Assembly (NCBI GenBank): GCA_951406725.2
Contig: OX597817.1
Span: 117,924,001 to 117,988,000 of the forward strand
Origin: Octopus vulgaris
Taxonomy: Eukaryota
Direction of reading: 5' to 3'
DNA length: 64,000 bases
The translations under genes and the position numbers were made by a program. Numbering within the stretch: the first letter of the stretch is position 1; every line of letters starts with the position of its first letter. This document shows positions 1-14,750 of this stretch, piece by piece. Under the pieces are notes generated by a model. The model made no database searches and was not told where the DNA came from. It saw nothing but the letters and a program-made list of their open reading frames with translations.

Positions 1-767
1 AAAATTAAATAAAAATATTGAGGTGCAATGAGTTCACGCCTTTAAGAGAAGACTAATGTTTCCATTATTCGTGCGAAATATCAGGAAATAATTTGTTTTG
101 TATAATTCATTGCTGAAAGGAAAACGAGAGATACAATGTAATGCTTTAACAATAGACCTGCAAAACATAAATTGTAATTTGAAATAGTTATTACTTGCTT
201 ATTAAACCTTAATTTAGGGAATACAATGTTACCTAGAGGGATGAGGCAGTGCAAAACGTAAGTTCATTTCTATTAGATATCTTTAGACCTTTTACCACAT
301 GATATTTTCCGTTTGTGTCTTTTATTATAAAATAACGCATATGAAGACTCGAATCAATCGTGATACTATCGACTGGTCCACTGAAAAGATATGTTAAGCT
401 GGAATCTCTATAATATAAATGAAATTGTAATGTTAATGTATTGAATGTGCGTCTATATTAAGTTGGCTTCATGATTTTTTTTATTCTTATTTGGAAATTA
501 CTAAGTGCCTATTGATAGAATATTCTGCGCATGATATAAGTACGATGAATCAAAGGTAATCGCACAAATCTTGATATGAATTTTTAACCTAATTTAAATG
601 TTGGTGCTCATTAAACTAAAATTAAGAAGTATGCAGCAGACACACGAAAACACTGGCGCATAAAGGTACACACACACACAAACACACACACATATATATA
701 TTTGTGTACGTATGTACGTATTTATATATGCGTGAGAGTGTGAGTGTGAGTGTGTGTGTATGTGCTC

Positions 768-807
<40 letters not shown>

Positions 808-918
808 TAATGCAGAGTATACGCATGGGATTTCTGTGTGATTTCTTCATATTTGTATATTTACGTATACTAATGTACAGTTTATACACGCTCACAGACA
901 TACGCACACACACACGCT

Positions 919-952
<34 letters not shown>

Positions 953-958
953 CGTATG

Positions 959-1001
<43 letters not shown>

Positions 1002-1433
1002 ATGTATGTATGTATATGAATGTCTAAAGAGGAAGCAATACCAAATATAGAAGAGAACGTGTTCATTACGTCGGCCGCAAGCCACTCAAAGTCATCAATA
1101 CATATCAAAACGGCATGCATTGTATTATAAACAATAGGATGAAAGTCATTATGACCTAATCCGTTATGACATACACTGAATAGTAAACAGGAATTTGAAA
1201 ACATACAATGCAGCTCACGCAGCTCTATTGTTAATCTCTGGTTTAAGACTTTTAATGAATTTCCTTCCAGAATATACGTACTTACGTATATTCTTCTATA
1301 TATACTTTTATGCACACACATGCTCACATGCCTATCTACAAATATATTATGTGTATACATTTATATATATACATATATATATATGCATGCATTTATACAT
1401 GTGTGTATGTATTTATCCACACATATACATGCG

Positions 1434-1480
<47 letters not shown>

Positions 1481-4145
1481 ATGTGTGTGCGTGTCTGTTT
1501 GTATTTTTGTATGTGTCTTGGTATGCGTTTTAGTGTCTGAGTGTGCATGTATGTGTGTGACACACTCAATCTATTTGTATAATATCTCTAACAATGTGAC
1601 TACTTGACAGGAATAGAATATCAGTCTTCTATCGGTAGGCAGCGAAAAACTGAAAGATTAATTAAAGAAACTTAATGGAAATTCCTTGAAAAGTGACATC
1701 CACGAGTAACCCATTAAGGATATAGAACCTTTGTGTACTGAGAAGACATTGACAAATTATTCTTGCTAATATATTTCTCAAACAACAATGCTTGACCATC
1801 AACTACTTGCTGTTATAGGAAGTATATTCCCGTGACTTGATCCCCCTTAGAATTCTTATGAAATTATTGTCCAAAGATTAAAATGTACGTTGATATTAAA
1901 TGCTGTGTTCGTTCAAGCGATTATAATGCGTAATATATTCTGCCCAGTAGGCCAGTTGAAGCTGTGATTTACACATGTCCTGTTGTTATACTTTTCACTA
2001 TACTGCTCTTACCCCTCCAATAACAGCCATCCAATGTCGAATGCAGGTTCGAGCGAGAAGCGATTAAAAATATGAACTACAAGAGCAATAATGTATCTGA
2101 ATGTCTCCCTATAACAATTTAAAAAGTCTCGTACGAAGTCGTTAAGTGCAGCTCAAAATTGATCATATAGAAAGAAATATATATATAAGTGTGTTTTAGA
2201 GCTACCTAACAATATGTCAGTTAATCTGTCTCTCTCTCCTTCTCTTTCTCCTTACTCCCTCTCTCCCTCTTTCTCCTGACTCCCCCCCCCTGTCTTGCAC
2301 TCATTCTTTAACCATTCTTTTTTCTGTAGTATACTGCTGTTCGAGACGAGTAACAGTCTGCAAAGCAGTCAATTTTAATGGCCTAAAATAGAATCCCATT
2401 GCCTTCCCTGTCAGCAGGAAAGTTTCTGATAACATTTCTTGTCAAAGTCCCTGAATTTCATTCTGTTATGAAAAGTCACAATTATTGTTTCCACTCACCA
2501 TTGTCACCAGCAATACCGACAATTTAAAAATGTAACTGAGATCTTGGAACTTTAATGGATTTGATTTCCTTCGAATATTAGCCCTTCCATTAGGTAAACT
2601 CTCCTGGCAAATTTAACCGCATAATATATGTTTAGGTTTTCTATTCCTTGGTTGATTGCACCACAGCGACACCCACCCATATGAATCGCTCTAATCTATT
2701 CCCTCAAGTACCTTGTATAGAAATGTATCTCACATTTCTGATTATTTACCATGAATTTACTACGTGCTTTAGCGTCAGACACAGAACATCTTCTGCAAAT
2801 GACACTGCATTTAATTGCTCCATAAAATTAGACTGATATAACAAAATTTTGATAATATATCCCATTCTTAATTAGCGGAATTTATAACGATTAACGGAAG
2901 TATGTGTGCTGTAAAGTCCAATAATATACATATGACTTTGCGATTAGAAGCATGATTCTTTTGCCTCTTTCAGCGTGACGAAATTTATATTAAATAATGC
3001 CATATTTGTATAAGTAGTTATAATATTTTTGGATGCAATACTGTTCAACAATCTTCATAAAAGTTACATATCATGTTGATATACAAAGAGGCATAACGAC
3101 CTACGGTTTGTGACGAAGAGGTAGTCATAGTATATGGTATAACAAAATAAAAGAAGAAAAACAAAACTAGCAGTTTGTTAATCATTAGCTACGCATCCCA
3201 AAATATACGGTCACTATCTATTGGTTATTTTACCCAAGAGACTATTGGAGAAAATGATAGACATTGGGAAATAAGTTAGAAAGAAACAACTTTTACGTAA
3301 TTCATAAGGAATTGAGAGTTACATATCATGTTGATATCAGACCGAAACAGGTTTGATGTTGATAAACGCAATTGTTGCAGATGTTCGATCCACTTCAGTA
3401 TGAATTTCCATTGAAGATTATCTCAATCGCATGGTAACAGACTGACATTTTTCATACTAAAATTATAAATATGTGTATGTGAACATTTGCTTATTTGTTT
3501 TAGGTGGAAGTATGACAACATATTAAGAAATACATTGTTTATATGTACGTACTTATAAAGTAGAATATCCCATTATCTCTGAGGCTGTTTCAAAGCAGGA
3601 TATTTTCTCATATACTGCCTCACAAGTGATGCAAACGCACACGTATTTGAGTCTTGTTTCACTTGGTGTGCTGCCGTAACGCTTGATATATAAAATACTT
3701 TGAAAATACTAACGTAAATTACTCAAACAAGCAAAGTATGTCTCAAATGTGATGTGTTTGTCAATTTGCAGCGAGTAGAGACAATCATTGCACATGTCTT
3801 CATGAGAGTGTTTCATCTACAAGAAAGTTCATTAGATCAGAAAGATATTTACAGAGTTATTAATAATTAGAAGGGGCGAGCATTGCCTATAATGTATATA
3901 TATTTAACAACAAGGAAATTAGAAGTAATTTTTACGGTGACATAAAACATGTTAGAATGCAGTACTAAAGTCACATGACTATAGAGAAAGCGTGAATCAT
4001 AAACTGGTTCATAGTGTCCCTTTCATCTTCTAAACGAAGAAAACATTTCCCCGGTTCAGTGTGACCTGGATATTATATTTACGCATAAACATATAAATTT
4101 TTATTTGTGGACATATATCTGTGTAGGTGTGTGCAGGTATATATA

Positions 4146-4187
<42 letters not shown>

Positions 4188-4246
4188 CAACATGTATATA
4201 TGTATATACATACATATATGTACATTTGTATACATACATACATTCA

Positions 4247-4290
<44 letters not shown>

Positions 4291-4367
4291 TACATACATT
4301 ATAAATATATATATATATGTTCATATATATGTATACATTCGCACCGAAAGCATATATATATATATAT

Positions 4368-4406
<39 letters not shown>

Positions 4407-5084
4407 CTTATACAATAAATATGAATCGTGTGTGTGGATGTGTGTATATCTTGCTTCTTTGTAAATGTGATATCCGTTTAAGCATACATAAACTTATATT
4501 TCATATTATTGTTTATCGATATTCCTCAGTGTGTTTACAGTATTTTAATATCTGGAGGAGGAAAGAAGGATTTGAATTCAGGAGTGAAATATAGCTCATA
4601 ACTGTAAAATGTAAGATCCGGTATTACTTCATAATTTTCCTCCGAAATTCCTAACCCTATCATTAAAGAGGAGTAGAAATGAGATATCAGCAACTCTTAA
4701 TGTTCTCCCAAACAGCATTATTGACGTAATATCATTATCAACCATCCCATTTCAATTATTTGAGATGAAATATTCATCACGAGAAATTGAATCACATTTT
4801 CGTATATCTCTGATATTTAAAATATCTCCGTTAATATTTGATATGTGCATCTAATACCGTAAACTGACTTCAATGATTTGAAAATGTGGTTTTAGCGCTT
4901 AATATATATGAGGTCATTTTTCCATTATAAATGTCCAAAGTATCTGAGAATTCACAGTGTACGGCAGGACAAAATATTTTAGTTAGCGATTCGGTAAACA
5001 CCTTGTATATGTTGAGAAATTCGAAGAGGGCGACAGTTTTCCATCATTTCAATAAGACGTGTAATATTAATATAATAGGTAAAA

Positions 5085-5268
5085 CGCCGAGCTGGCAGAA
5101 TCGTTAGCATGCCGGACAATATACTAAATGGTATTTCGTCTCTCTTTATATTCTGAGTTCAAATTTCGCCGAGGTTGAATTTACCTTTCATCCTTTCGAG
5201 CAATGGGATCGATGTAATCGACTTGCTCCTCCCCAATTTGGTAATCTTGAGCCAAAATTTGAAACCAA
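5085..5268 (+). mobile_element. SINE family B copy (diverged)
   Basis: Colinear with 44859-45073: CGAGCTGGCAGAATCGTTAGC...TTCTGAGTTCAAATT..GCCGAGGT...CCTTTCATCCTTTCG. Contains pol III A-box-like TGGCAGAATCG and B-box-like GAGTTCAAATT. Confidence 0.8.
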
Positions 5269-6952
5269 GATTCATATAGTAGCAACGTACAATCTAGTGT
5301 ACAACATTTATTCAATAATGACCTAATACCCAACCAAGGCATATTTGTCTCATCAAATAATTCGTAAATTAAAATTTTGCTCACAAGATCGTAAAGAAAA
5401 AAGAGAAATATTATATTTCTAAGGGGTAAATACTATCCAAGTCAACTTTTATTCAAGCACATTTTTCATATAACAAAATTAGAAAAGTAATGCATGTTCA
5501 CGGTATAAAAAATTATCTTCTTCCTTAACATTTGCTACAGATCGTTGATCACACTATGATTTTACACAATTAAAAGTCCAATAACCATAAGCAAGATATT
5601 GTAGATCAGCAAAATCGATTTTTTAAAATAATACTTCGAATTTCCTTCCTATTACGCTGTATTTCCATACGTTATTCATGTGATCACTTCCATAGTAAAT
5701 CAATATTTATTACTTTACTTTAAACATTTTCTAATATACCATCTGCGGGGTATAACAGAAATATTGCTATTATCATTTCGTAAATTAATGTCTTATTACA
5801 CATTAAAAATGGAAAAAAATCACTACTTTTTACATTAGAAACTTTTTCGTATAAAGTTCATTATGTATCAATTTCAAAAACGTTTAACTAATCTATTTTT
5901 TATACCATGCAAATTTTCTTTTGCTCAGTGTGTAAATCATTAATAATTAATACATCAAATATTTACACCAATAATTTGTTTTTCTCCTTTTAATACATTT
6001 GCGTCGCTGGATGTAGCACTCCAGCAGAACAATGACTGGTTTACAGCACAAATTAATTATATTTTCTGAAAAATATGTAGAAACGTTTATTATTTTGGAA
6101 GCCCTTCCTAATAATTGATTCAAAATGTTTTGGAAGGAATATTTCAAAATATCCATTTTTTGCTTCATAAACAGAATAGTGTTTTCTTAAACTTTAATTT
6201 AACTCACACAGAGAATAAACTTGGTTAAAAGACATCGGAAAAATGTTATTTTAAAGCAAGAAACGAGAAAGAGGACAATGAAATTATTCCCCTATCATAT
6301 CTTATCAAACAACAAGAAATGCCAATTGCCGATTGGTTAATTTCATAAATAGTAAAGAAAGGAAATTTCTACGTAAAACTGAAAAAAAACATATTATTGA
6401 AAATTTTCCATTCGAATAATAGCACTAAATCTAATTTTGGTAAAGAAATGAAATCAAGACTTCAATGGGATTCCTCATTAAATTTTCGTTCAAGTTATGA
6501 TTACCCTTTACACTCAAGATTGATATTAATATTTACATATTATTGTATCGAAAGCAGCATAACTAGAAATTCTAAAATTCCGCAATAATATATCGTAAAG
6601 TTTGTGATATCAGAAGAAATGTCGGAAGTTTTCTATATATTTCCTAGATTTGATTATATAAAAGCGGAACATCAGGTCTGACTGTGAATATTCTTGTTTT
6701 CCTTTCAGCAAGTAACATTCAGTGGCAAAAGCTCGATATTTTAGGAACTAATGGCAAAATCTTTTGAGAAATTATTTAGTAGCAGTAAAACAATCTATTC
6801 GGTTCTGTACCCAAGCTGCGAAGAAATAATAGTTTTCAAAATTACGAGAGAAAGGTAAAACAAAAACAAAAAAAAAACGTCATAGCCTGCTTTATCTCGT
6901 ACATATTTTTGATGGAAGCAAAACGAATTTGTCTGGAATGTATGTCTGTGTG

Positions 6953-6991
<39 letters not shown>

Positions 6992-7061
6992 TTCATTCTC
7001 TCTCTAGCATTCTCTGTATCAGTCTTTTTTGCACATATGGACACAGTCGTATGTATATATA

Positions 7062-7106
<45 letters not shown>

Positions 7107-7446
7107 ACGTAGAGACACATACAAAGAACACATTCCTTGCACAAATGCAGGACAATGCAGGGGAGGTAACAATTGAGGGTTCCTTATAATTTACCTCCCA
7201 CTTTGTGTATGTTCATATATTTTTCATGAAATCCCGTAGAGCTCCGTATTAACGCGAGTATTCTCACTAAAATGAAGGCGTGTACCGAAAATCCAAACGT
7301 GAAATCTTGAAAATGTAACCGGAAGGAGATCTCTCCCTACATGAAAACACCCGTTGACTTCTAAACTTATAAGTAAAGGTTATTTATCTATTAATGTGGT
7401 GTTGAGTACTAGCTCACCGTGTTGGATATTAGTGTACGTATATGCG

Positions 7447-7493
<47 letters not shown>

Positions 7494-7500
7494 ATATATA

Positions 7501-7549
<49 letters not shown>

Positions 7550-7724
7550 ATAAATATTAGGGAATAAATCCAAATTTACAGGGAAAAAATCAGATTTAGG
7601 ATTAAATCCAATTTTATTGTAAAATATTATATAATATTGTTAGAGACAAAACCACTATTTTGCAAAACAAACAAGGAAAGACTTAATCAATACATAAAAT
7701 TTTAATAAAAATTCAAAAAAACCG

Positions 7725-7767
7725 CCACTACAATTGTTTCTTGTCCTGATCGACAATCTTCAGGTGG
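7725..7767 (-). ncRNA. Type I hammerhead ribozyme, canonical core
   Basis: Minus strand reads CCAC-CTGAAGA-TTGTC gatcag GACAA-GAAA-CAATTG-TA-GTGG: stem I CCAC/GTGG, 5-bp stem II, palindromic stem III, GUA cleavage triplet. Confidence 0.88.
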
Positions 7768-9980
7768 ACTTCCAATCTAAAATATCAATATTTTAAAATA
7801 TAAAAATAATAATTTTATAATTTTAAAATAATTAAAGTATTAATGAAAAAATATAAATATATAATCTATATATAACCTATATATAATCCATATATAATCA
7901 ATATATAAACAATATATAAACTAAAATAAACCTATCAACAATTAAATATAAAACAAAACAAAAAATAAACCATATATACACCCATACACATATAACTAAT
8001 TATATATAACCATATCTAAATACATACACTAAATCACACACCTATATATATATCCCTATACATACACATAAAAACGTCTAGGCAACGATAAATAAATAAA
8101 ATAGCCAAATACTTCAACACAATACTTATTCATACTCCCGCACACACACATACAACCCACATTCCCGCTCTAGAAACGAACATCATTTAAAATTATGAAT
8201 GGAGAAATGGAATAAATGGAATTAAAAATTATATTCACTTGGTAAAACGAACATTACTTAAAAATTATGAATGAAATAATGTAATAAAATAACAGACATC
8301 GTAAATAGACAAATTACTACGAATTCTTTAATAAAACTACCATGATAAACTAAAACACATAAAAAACATATAATGATAAAATCTCCCTTTACTAAACTCT
8401 ATAACATACCTATATAGCAATCCCCCTAACCTAAACATTCACACACAAATACACACACGTAAACCACACACCCACGACATATACAAATACCCACCTCACT
8501 CACACATACCTATACATACATATAAACCTCAATATATACCCAAAAACCCATTCAACCCCATACAGATAAATAAACACATACATCCCCAAACCTATATAGC
8601 AAACCCATAAACACATTCACACACAAATATACATACGTAAAACACACACCATATACATATACATACTCACTAAACTCGATATATACAACAATATTAACAC
8701 ACCCACACTCATACAGATAAATAAATTATACAACTGAAATACGCACACACTCACACACAATCCCACATACATAAACACTCCAAAGAAAAACAACATTATT
8801 ACACATAATACGATATATAAAATACATCGTAAGTAACCAGAATATCAAAAATAACAATATGACATAAGGAGAAATAATATACATACTTTCAAGTCAGTTT
8901 CAAATTATGAAGTGAAATTAAATTCTAAGCCATTAAAAACGTCAAACCAAAATTACGTTACCATAGGAACCTAACATATGTATAAAAAGAATACGCGCTA
9001 TGGAGGCAAACGTCATTTAAAATTATGAATGGAGAAATAGAATAAATGGAATTAAAAATTATATTCACGCGGTAAACTAACATTATTTAAAAAAATTATG
9101 AATGGATTCTTTAATAAAACTACCATGATAAATTAAAACTCATAAAAACATAAATGATAAAACCTCCTTTACTAAACCCTATAACATACCTATATAGCAA
9201 TCCCTTTAACCTATACATTCACACACAAATACACACACGTAAACCACACACCCATAACAAATACAAATACCCACCTCATTCACACATACCTATAAGTACA
9301 TATAAGCCTCAACATGTACACCAAACAAAATTACGTTACCAAGGAACCTAACATATGTATAAAAAGTATTTTATCATTATATGTTTTTTATGAGTTTTAG
9401 TTTATCATGGTAGTTTTATTAAAGAATTCGTAGTAATTTGTCTATTTACGATGTCTGTTATTTTATTACATTATTTCATTCATAATTTTTAAGTAATGTT
9501 CGTTTTACCAAGTGAATATAATTTTTAATTCCATTTATTCCATTTCTCCATTCATAATTTTAAATGATGTTCGTTTCTAGAGCGGGAATGTGGGTTGTAT
9601 GTGTGTGAGGGAGTATGAATAAGTATTGTGTTGAAGTATTTGGCTATTTTATTTATTTATCGTTGCCTAGACGTTTTTATGTGTATGTAATGGGATATAT
9701 ATATAGGTGTGTGATTTAGTGTATGTATTTAGATATGGTTATATATAATTAGTTATATGTGTATGGGTGTATATATGGTTTATTTTTTGTTTTGTTTTAT
9801 ATTTAATTGTTGATAAGTTTATTTTAGTTTATATATTGTTTATATATTGATTATATATGGATTATATATAGGTTATATATAGATTATATATTTATATTTT
9901 TTCATTAATACTTTAATTATTTTAAAATTATAAAATTATTATTTTTATATTTTAAAATATTGATATTTTAGATTGGAAGT

Positions 9981-10023
9981 CCACCTGAAGATTGTCGATC
10001 AGGACAAGAAACAATTGTAGTGG
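9981..10023 (+). ncRNA. Type I hammerhead ribozyme, canonical core (inverted copy)
   Basis: CCAC-CTGAAGA-TTGTC gatcag GACAA-GAAA-CAATTG-TA-GTGG; predicted cleavage after 10019. Confidence 0.88.
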
Positions 10024-10108
10024 CGGTTCTTTTGAATTTTTATTAAAATTTTATGTATTGATTAAGTCTTTCCTTGTTTGTTTTGCAAAATAGTGGTTTT
10101 GTCTCTAA

Positions 10109-10166
<58 letters not shown>

Positions 10167-10223
10167 TATATATATATATGCATATATATGTATATATATA
10201 TGCATATATATATACAAATATAT

Positions 10224-10277
<54 letters not shown>

Positions 10278-10310
10278 TTTATTTAAAAGCGGGAGAAAAT
10301 TCAACAAAAC

Positions 10311-10348
10311 CTGTTACTCTGAGTTTCACGTTCCCGTTCGTCGGACAG
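10311..10348 (-). ncRNA. Minimal type I hammerhead, CCGA core variant
   Basis: Minus strand: CTGT-CCGACGA-ACG ggaa CGT-GAAA-CTCAGAG-TA-ACAG. Confidence 0.75.
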
Positions 10349-10369
10349 TTTTTGCTAGTGTTTACTCCG

Positions 10370-10417
<48 letters not shown>

Positions 10418-10450
10418 TTTATTTAAAAGTTGCAGAAAATTCAACAAAGC

Positions 10451-10488
10451 CTGTTACTCTGAGTTTCACGTTCCCGTTCGTCGGACAG
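10451..10488 (-). ncRNA. Minimal type I hammerhead, CCGA core variant (second copy)
   Basis: Identical motif to 10311-10348. Confidence 0.75.
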
Positions 10489-10509
10489 TTTTTGCTAGTG
10501 TTTACTCCG

Positions 10510-10544
<35 letters not shown>

Positions 10545-10937
10545 TATACCCCATATACAATTCTTAGATACCATACACCTAAGCACCTTATTTTATCCTA
10601 TAGCCAATCTTTTACATCACCCCTACTCGACATCACTTTCGATCTATTTTATTTTATTTTCTTTCACCACTTGATAGCCACCTCCGCTACCATTCTGTTA
10701 TTGAACGTTGATATGTTCGCGTCTTTTTTTCCTGGATGCCTACTATATCAGGATTTTAACCCACATGAATCTACACAGGATTGCACCTAAGGGGTCATGC
10801 TCTTGTTTCTATAACTTTGGAACTTTGAACATTGAACTTTTATGCTTCTTTTTTATTCTTTCTGTCCATCTCCTTATTCTTTTACCTCCTTCTTCTCATT
10901 TTTGTATACCATTCTCATTTTCCCTATTTTCCCTATA

Positions 10938-10991
10938 TCTCTCATGACGGTTTATTCCATACTCGGTGATATCCCAGAAGCAGCTGTAAGA
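10938..10991 (+). ncRNA. Decayed type I hammerhead, same family as 20562-20808
   Basis: TCT-CTCATGA-cggtttatt...gatatccca-GAAG-CAGCTG-TA-AGA; two core substitutions. Confidence 0.5.
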
Positions 10992-11840
10992 ACTTGAATC
11001 TTTTTCAATAATAATATCGTTTACGGCTTGAGATGTTTGCCTTGTCTTAATGTTTGTTGTCCTCCTTCACAATTATATATACGTGTGTGTGTGTGTGTGT
11101 GTATTTGTGTGTAAATATTTATATACATATGTCTGTATCCATGTGTGTATGGGTGCATATACCTATGCATATATATGTATATATGTATGGATATGTGTAT
11201 GACTACATTTGCTTGTATGTAGTGATAGGAAATGTAGCATGAAAATAATTTCGCTTTTTGTAATGAAAATGGAATCAATATTTTTTTAATAAAACTGATG
11301 CCAGTCTTCCATTACTTTTCGTCATTGAAATATCATTTACCTCTTAGTGAGTACATTTTTATATTAAGATGTTAAAATTTCTTTGAAAGCAATAATTTAC
11401 TTTCATAACAAATGTAGTTACGAAATGTGTACTTTAATTCTTTGTCCGTATGCTTAAAATATGATTACAGGGTTTGCGTTATTGTTACTAGAACAAAAGC
11501 ACCAAAATCAAAGAGTTTCTGGAGCTATATTCAAACCCAGGATTTAATTAATACTCTAAATAAAATTAAATGCGCTAGCGTAACATTAGAATTGTTTCTT
11601 CTAATACAAATTATCAATGGTTTCCCTTAGTTGTTGCAAATTGAACAATAATCGTTGTTTTAATCGCATGTGAAGCACAAACACATGTCACTCATTTTTA
11701 GATTAGCTGATTGCAGTGGAATTCAGTACAGATGCGTAATGTAACACACGGCTGTAATGCCTCAACAACCACTTACTTTCCTGACTGAGATGTAATATAG
11801 TGTATATAGCCAAAGTCTCATTTCTGCGTTTTATAGAATA

Positions 11841-11872
11841 TCTAGCAATGCAACATGGTGTTGCCCGGGTGT
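11841..11872 (-). mobile_element. Helitron-like 3' terminus
   Basis: Minus strand CCCGGGCAACACCATGTTGCATTGCTAG ends in CTAG and resembles the terminus at 49803. Confidence 0.45.
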
Positions 11873-11895
11873 TATAACCTACAGCCACATTGTGT

Positions 11896-11965
<70 letters not shown>

Positions 11966-12000
11966 TATATATATACAAATATATATATATATACATATAC

Positions 12001-12050
<50 letters not shown>

Positions 12051-14249
12051 ATATGTATGTATGTCTGTATGCATGTATGTATGTATGAATACTCAATTTT
12101 CGAGTTCAAGCGGAATTTACGCACCAAAAATACTGCACAACCAACTGGTTTTGCAGTACACGTCTCGCATAGATGGGCAGTATTTTTCTTCTCTCTTCAC
12201 TGACGTTATCAGATCAGAAAATTTGCTTTCCATCGCACCATCCGTGTTATAATGCACGCACAACCACTGTGATAAATAGGGAGATTATAGCAAAATCCTT
12301 AAAAATACATTGCAACGTATGCAATGAATAATAAGCATGAATATATACAAACAGTTATAAGCAAATTTGCATAAATCGGGGTGAATGAAGGGAGAAATGT
12401 TAAAGGCAAAAATTCTCGAAAGATTTCACTCATCCCATCACGTATTTACCACACTTGAACTAATATAAGCGCTTACTGTTCCCAATCCTGTGGAAAATGT
12501 TATTCAATTTAAACCTGAGAAACATCATTTGGAATTCCTTTAGAGTTGTTTGCTACTAAGGATATCTACAGGGACAAATTGTTTTCGGTAGTAATGCCAG
12601 AAGTGATCACAATTATACCAGAACATGGTTCATGAGTCACATTTCTGTTACAAAATAGGGCTTTGCGCAAAAGAATGGTATCACAATACTTGAAAGGCAT
12701 TGTTTAGTCAATCATGGAATACCGAACACTTTCACATTGGCAGTTATGTTGTGGCACAAAGACCCTTATTGACGAAACATATGCCAATAATTGCCCTAAA
12801 ACAGCATGCTGTTTGGTCATATTCCGTTGACAAATAGGGTTTTGTGCATCACACCCCTTGTACATTGTGGCATTTTTTACACGGAAAGCATTAAAATTGG
12901 CGAAGTACGTTAGAACCAAATTCAAATATTGCCTGAAAATTTTCAGGCAATGGGACCAGAAGTTAATTATAGAAACAAACAAAAATTACAACACATATTA
13001 CAGCTTTAAATTTGCCCATGCCAATCATACATAAAGCAAACATATTTAAAATAGTTGAATTTATACGCTTCAATATTCTCCTTTTAGAATATAATCCCCG
13101 TTGTCAAAATCTGTGAAGCATGGACATAGGTAACTGCTATTTCAGACTTAATCCGTTAAAGCTTCCATATAACTAGTTACAAATGTACAAAAAGCTATTC
13201 TCGTTTTATCTTATTTCAATTTCATATGAAATATGTAACCCAGCGTACAGAAATAAGTATTAAAAAATAAATTAGAAGATAAATAGTGTAAATAATGCAG
13301 TTATCTATGTTTGTGGTTAACTATTCGATTTATGCGTCTTAGAAGGATTCGAAATATATTGTATTCAAATTACATACTTTCACAAGTTTGTTAATACAAG
13401 CAACTACAAATGCTTTCACAGTACATATATGTTCTTATTCATTCGTATATATATATATATTTAATAGAGAGAGAGAGAGACAGAGAGATAAATAGATAGA
13501 TAGATAGTTAGATAGATAGATACATACATACATACATTCATACATACGCAGACAAATTTGTCTTTATTTGATGTATATCAGTGACGAAATAATTGGAAAG
13601 GTATTGGCTACACATGCTATTCTGTATACTTAAATATACATTATGTGTTAGTATCTTCTTTTCAAGTTATATATGTGCGTGTATGTGTGCTAGTGCATAT
13701 CTCTACCGTTTCTGTGCGTATAATCATCAATGTATTTATGCATGCTTGTGCATATTTGTATGTCAACAAATATACATATTCTTACACGATTGTCAGTTAA
13801 TCTTTAAAAGCTCATATATTTGTGCTTTCGCTGAAACCTACAGAAGCAATAAATTCTTAAAGGTATGAAGATAGAACCTATTTCAGTTTTAATTTCATTC
13901 AGATTCTTGATGATTTATCGAAATATTTTTAGATTCGACTTTGAAACAAACAAATATATACACATTTTGAACGAAAAAATCCCCTGTTTTACAGTTCATA
14001 GGTACATAAATCTCCAAATTGATTAAATGACAACAAACGATTTTGTAGCCGAATAGTTTTATTCTCCTTCCATTCCATGCTCGGAAAAATAAATTCTGGG
14101 GAATTTTAAATAGAAATTAGAATAAGTGTAATTTCGATAGTTGAAAACACATGATGAAAATGATGAAAATGGCGTTGATAAGTAATTGAGAATTCATAAA
14201 TTTTTTAAAGCCTGGTGCATATTCTATTGCTTTCTTTCCCCGAAACCCT

Positions 14250-14393
14250 GAGTGACAGCAGCGTATACACACGAACACCGGTTGGCAAGCGGTGGTGAGG
14301 AACAAACACACACACATACACACACAAGCATACATATATAAGGCAGTGCTTCAGCATTGCCGTAATCAAATGACTGAAACAAGTAATGGTATG

Positions 14394-14445
<52 letters not shown>

Positions 14446-14750
14446 TTAAATATATATGAGGATGATATCGATATTTAAGTATCCATATTATCAAGTGGCC
14501 AGCATGGGAAAAATACCGTACAAAGGTAATAATTTTTAACACCAGCATGCCGAAATAGCAGTCGAAACTCTGACTATGAAAACCATATATATATATATGT
14601 ACAAGATAGACCTCTTTCAGTTTTCGTCTGCCAAATCCACACGAAAGGCTTTCGTCCGCCCGAGGCCATAGTAGAAGACGCTTGCCTAGAGTGTCACGCA
14701 GAGGAGTGGACCCGGAACCATGTTTTGGGAAGCAAACTTTTTTCCGCACA
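14250..14750. mobile_element. Fragmented, rearranged SINE family A pieces
   Basis: 14605-14750 is the minus-strand 5' half of the 44397 SINE. 14341-14385 is a plus-strand 3' tail (CAAATGACTGAAACAAGTAA). 14255-14335 is a minus-strand middle piece. Confidence 0.7.

Larger units (their letters stand above)
7545..10115 (-). mobile_element. Non-coding Penelope-like fold-back element flanked by (TA)n
   Basis: 9369-10115 is a near-identical reverse complement of about 7630-8380. The left arm has an extra tail (7545-7630). Each arm carries a hammerhead motif. Internal diverged direct duplication (8181-8535 vs 9011-9315). No credible ORF. Confidence 0.8.
10277..10512 (-). repeat. Two ~96-nt units separated by (TA)n, period 140 nt, each carrying a hammerhead
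   Basis: 10277-10372 and 10417-10512 are near-identical (CTTTATTTAAAAG...TTTACTCCGGTG). Confidence 0.9.

Noticed and set aside
1620-2880. Possible very old RT-like remnants (LANIFL on plus, GKAMG on minus)
   Set aside because: The motifs are too short and broken to support a call.
10277-10512. Repeat-spacer-repeat pattern resembling CRISPR
   Set aside because: Only two 96-nt units, the spacer is (TA)n, the context is eukaryotic and there are no cas genes.
12450-12990. Minus-strand ORF, faintly resembling a Ty3/Gypsy RT-RNase H connection region
   Set aside because: No intact diagnostic motif; would need an HMM search.
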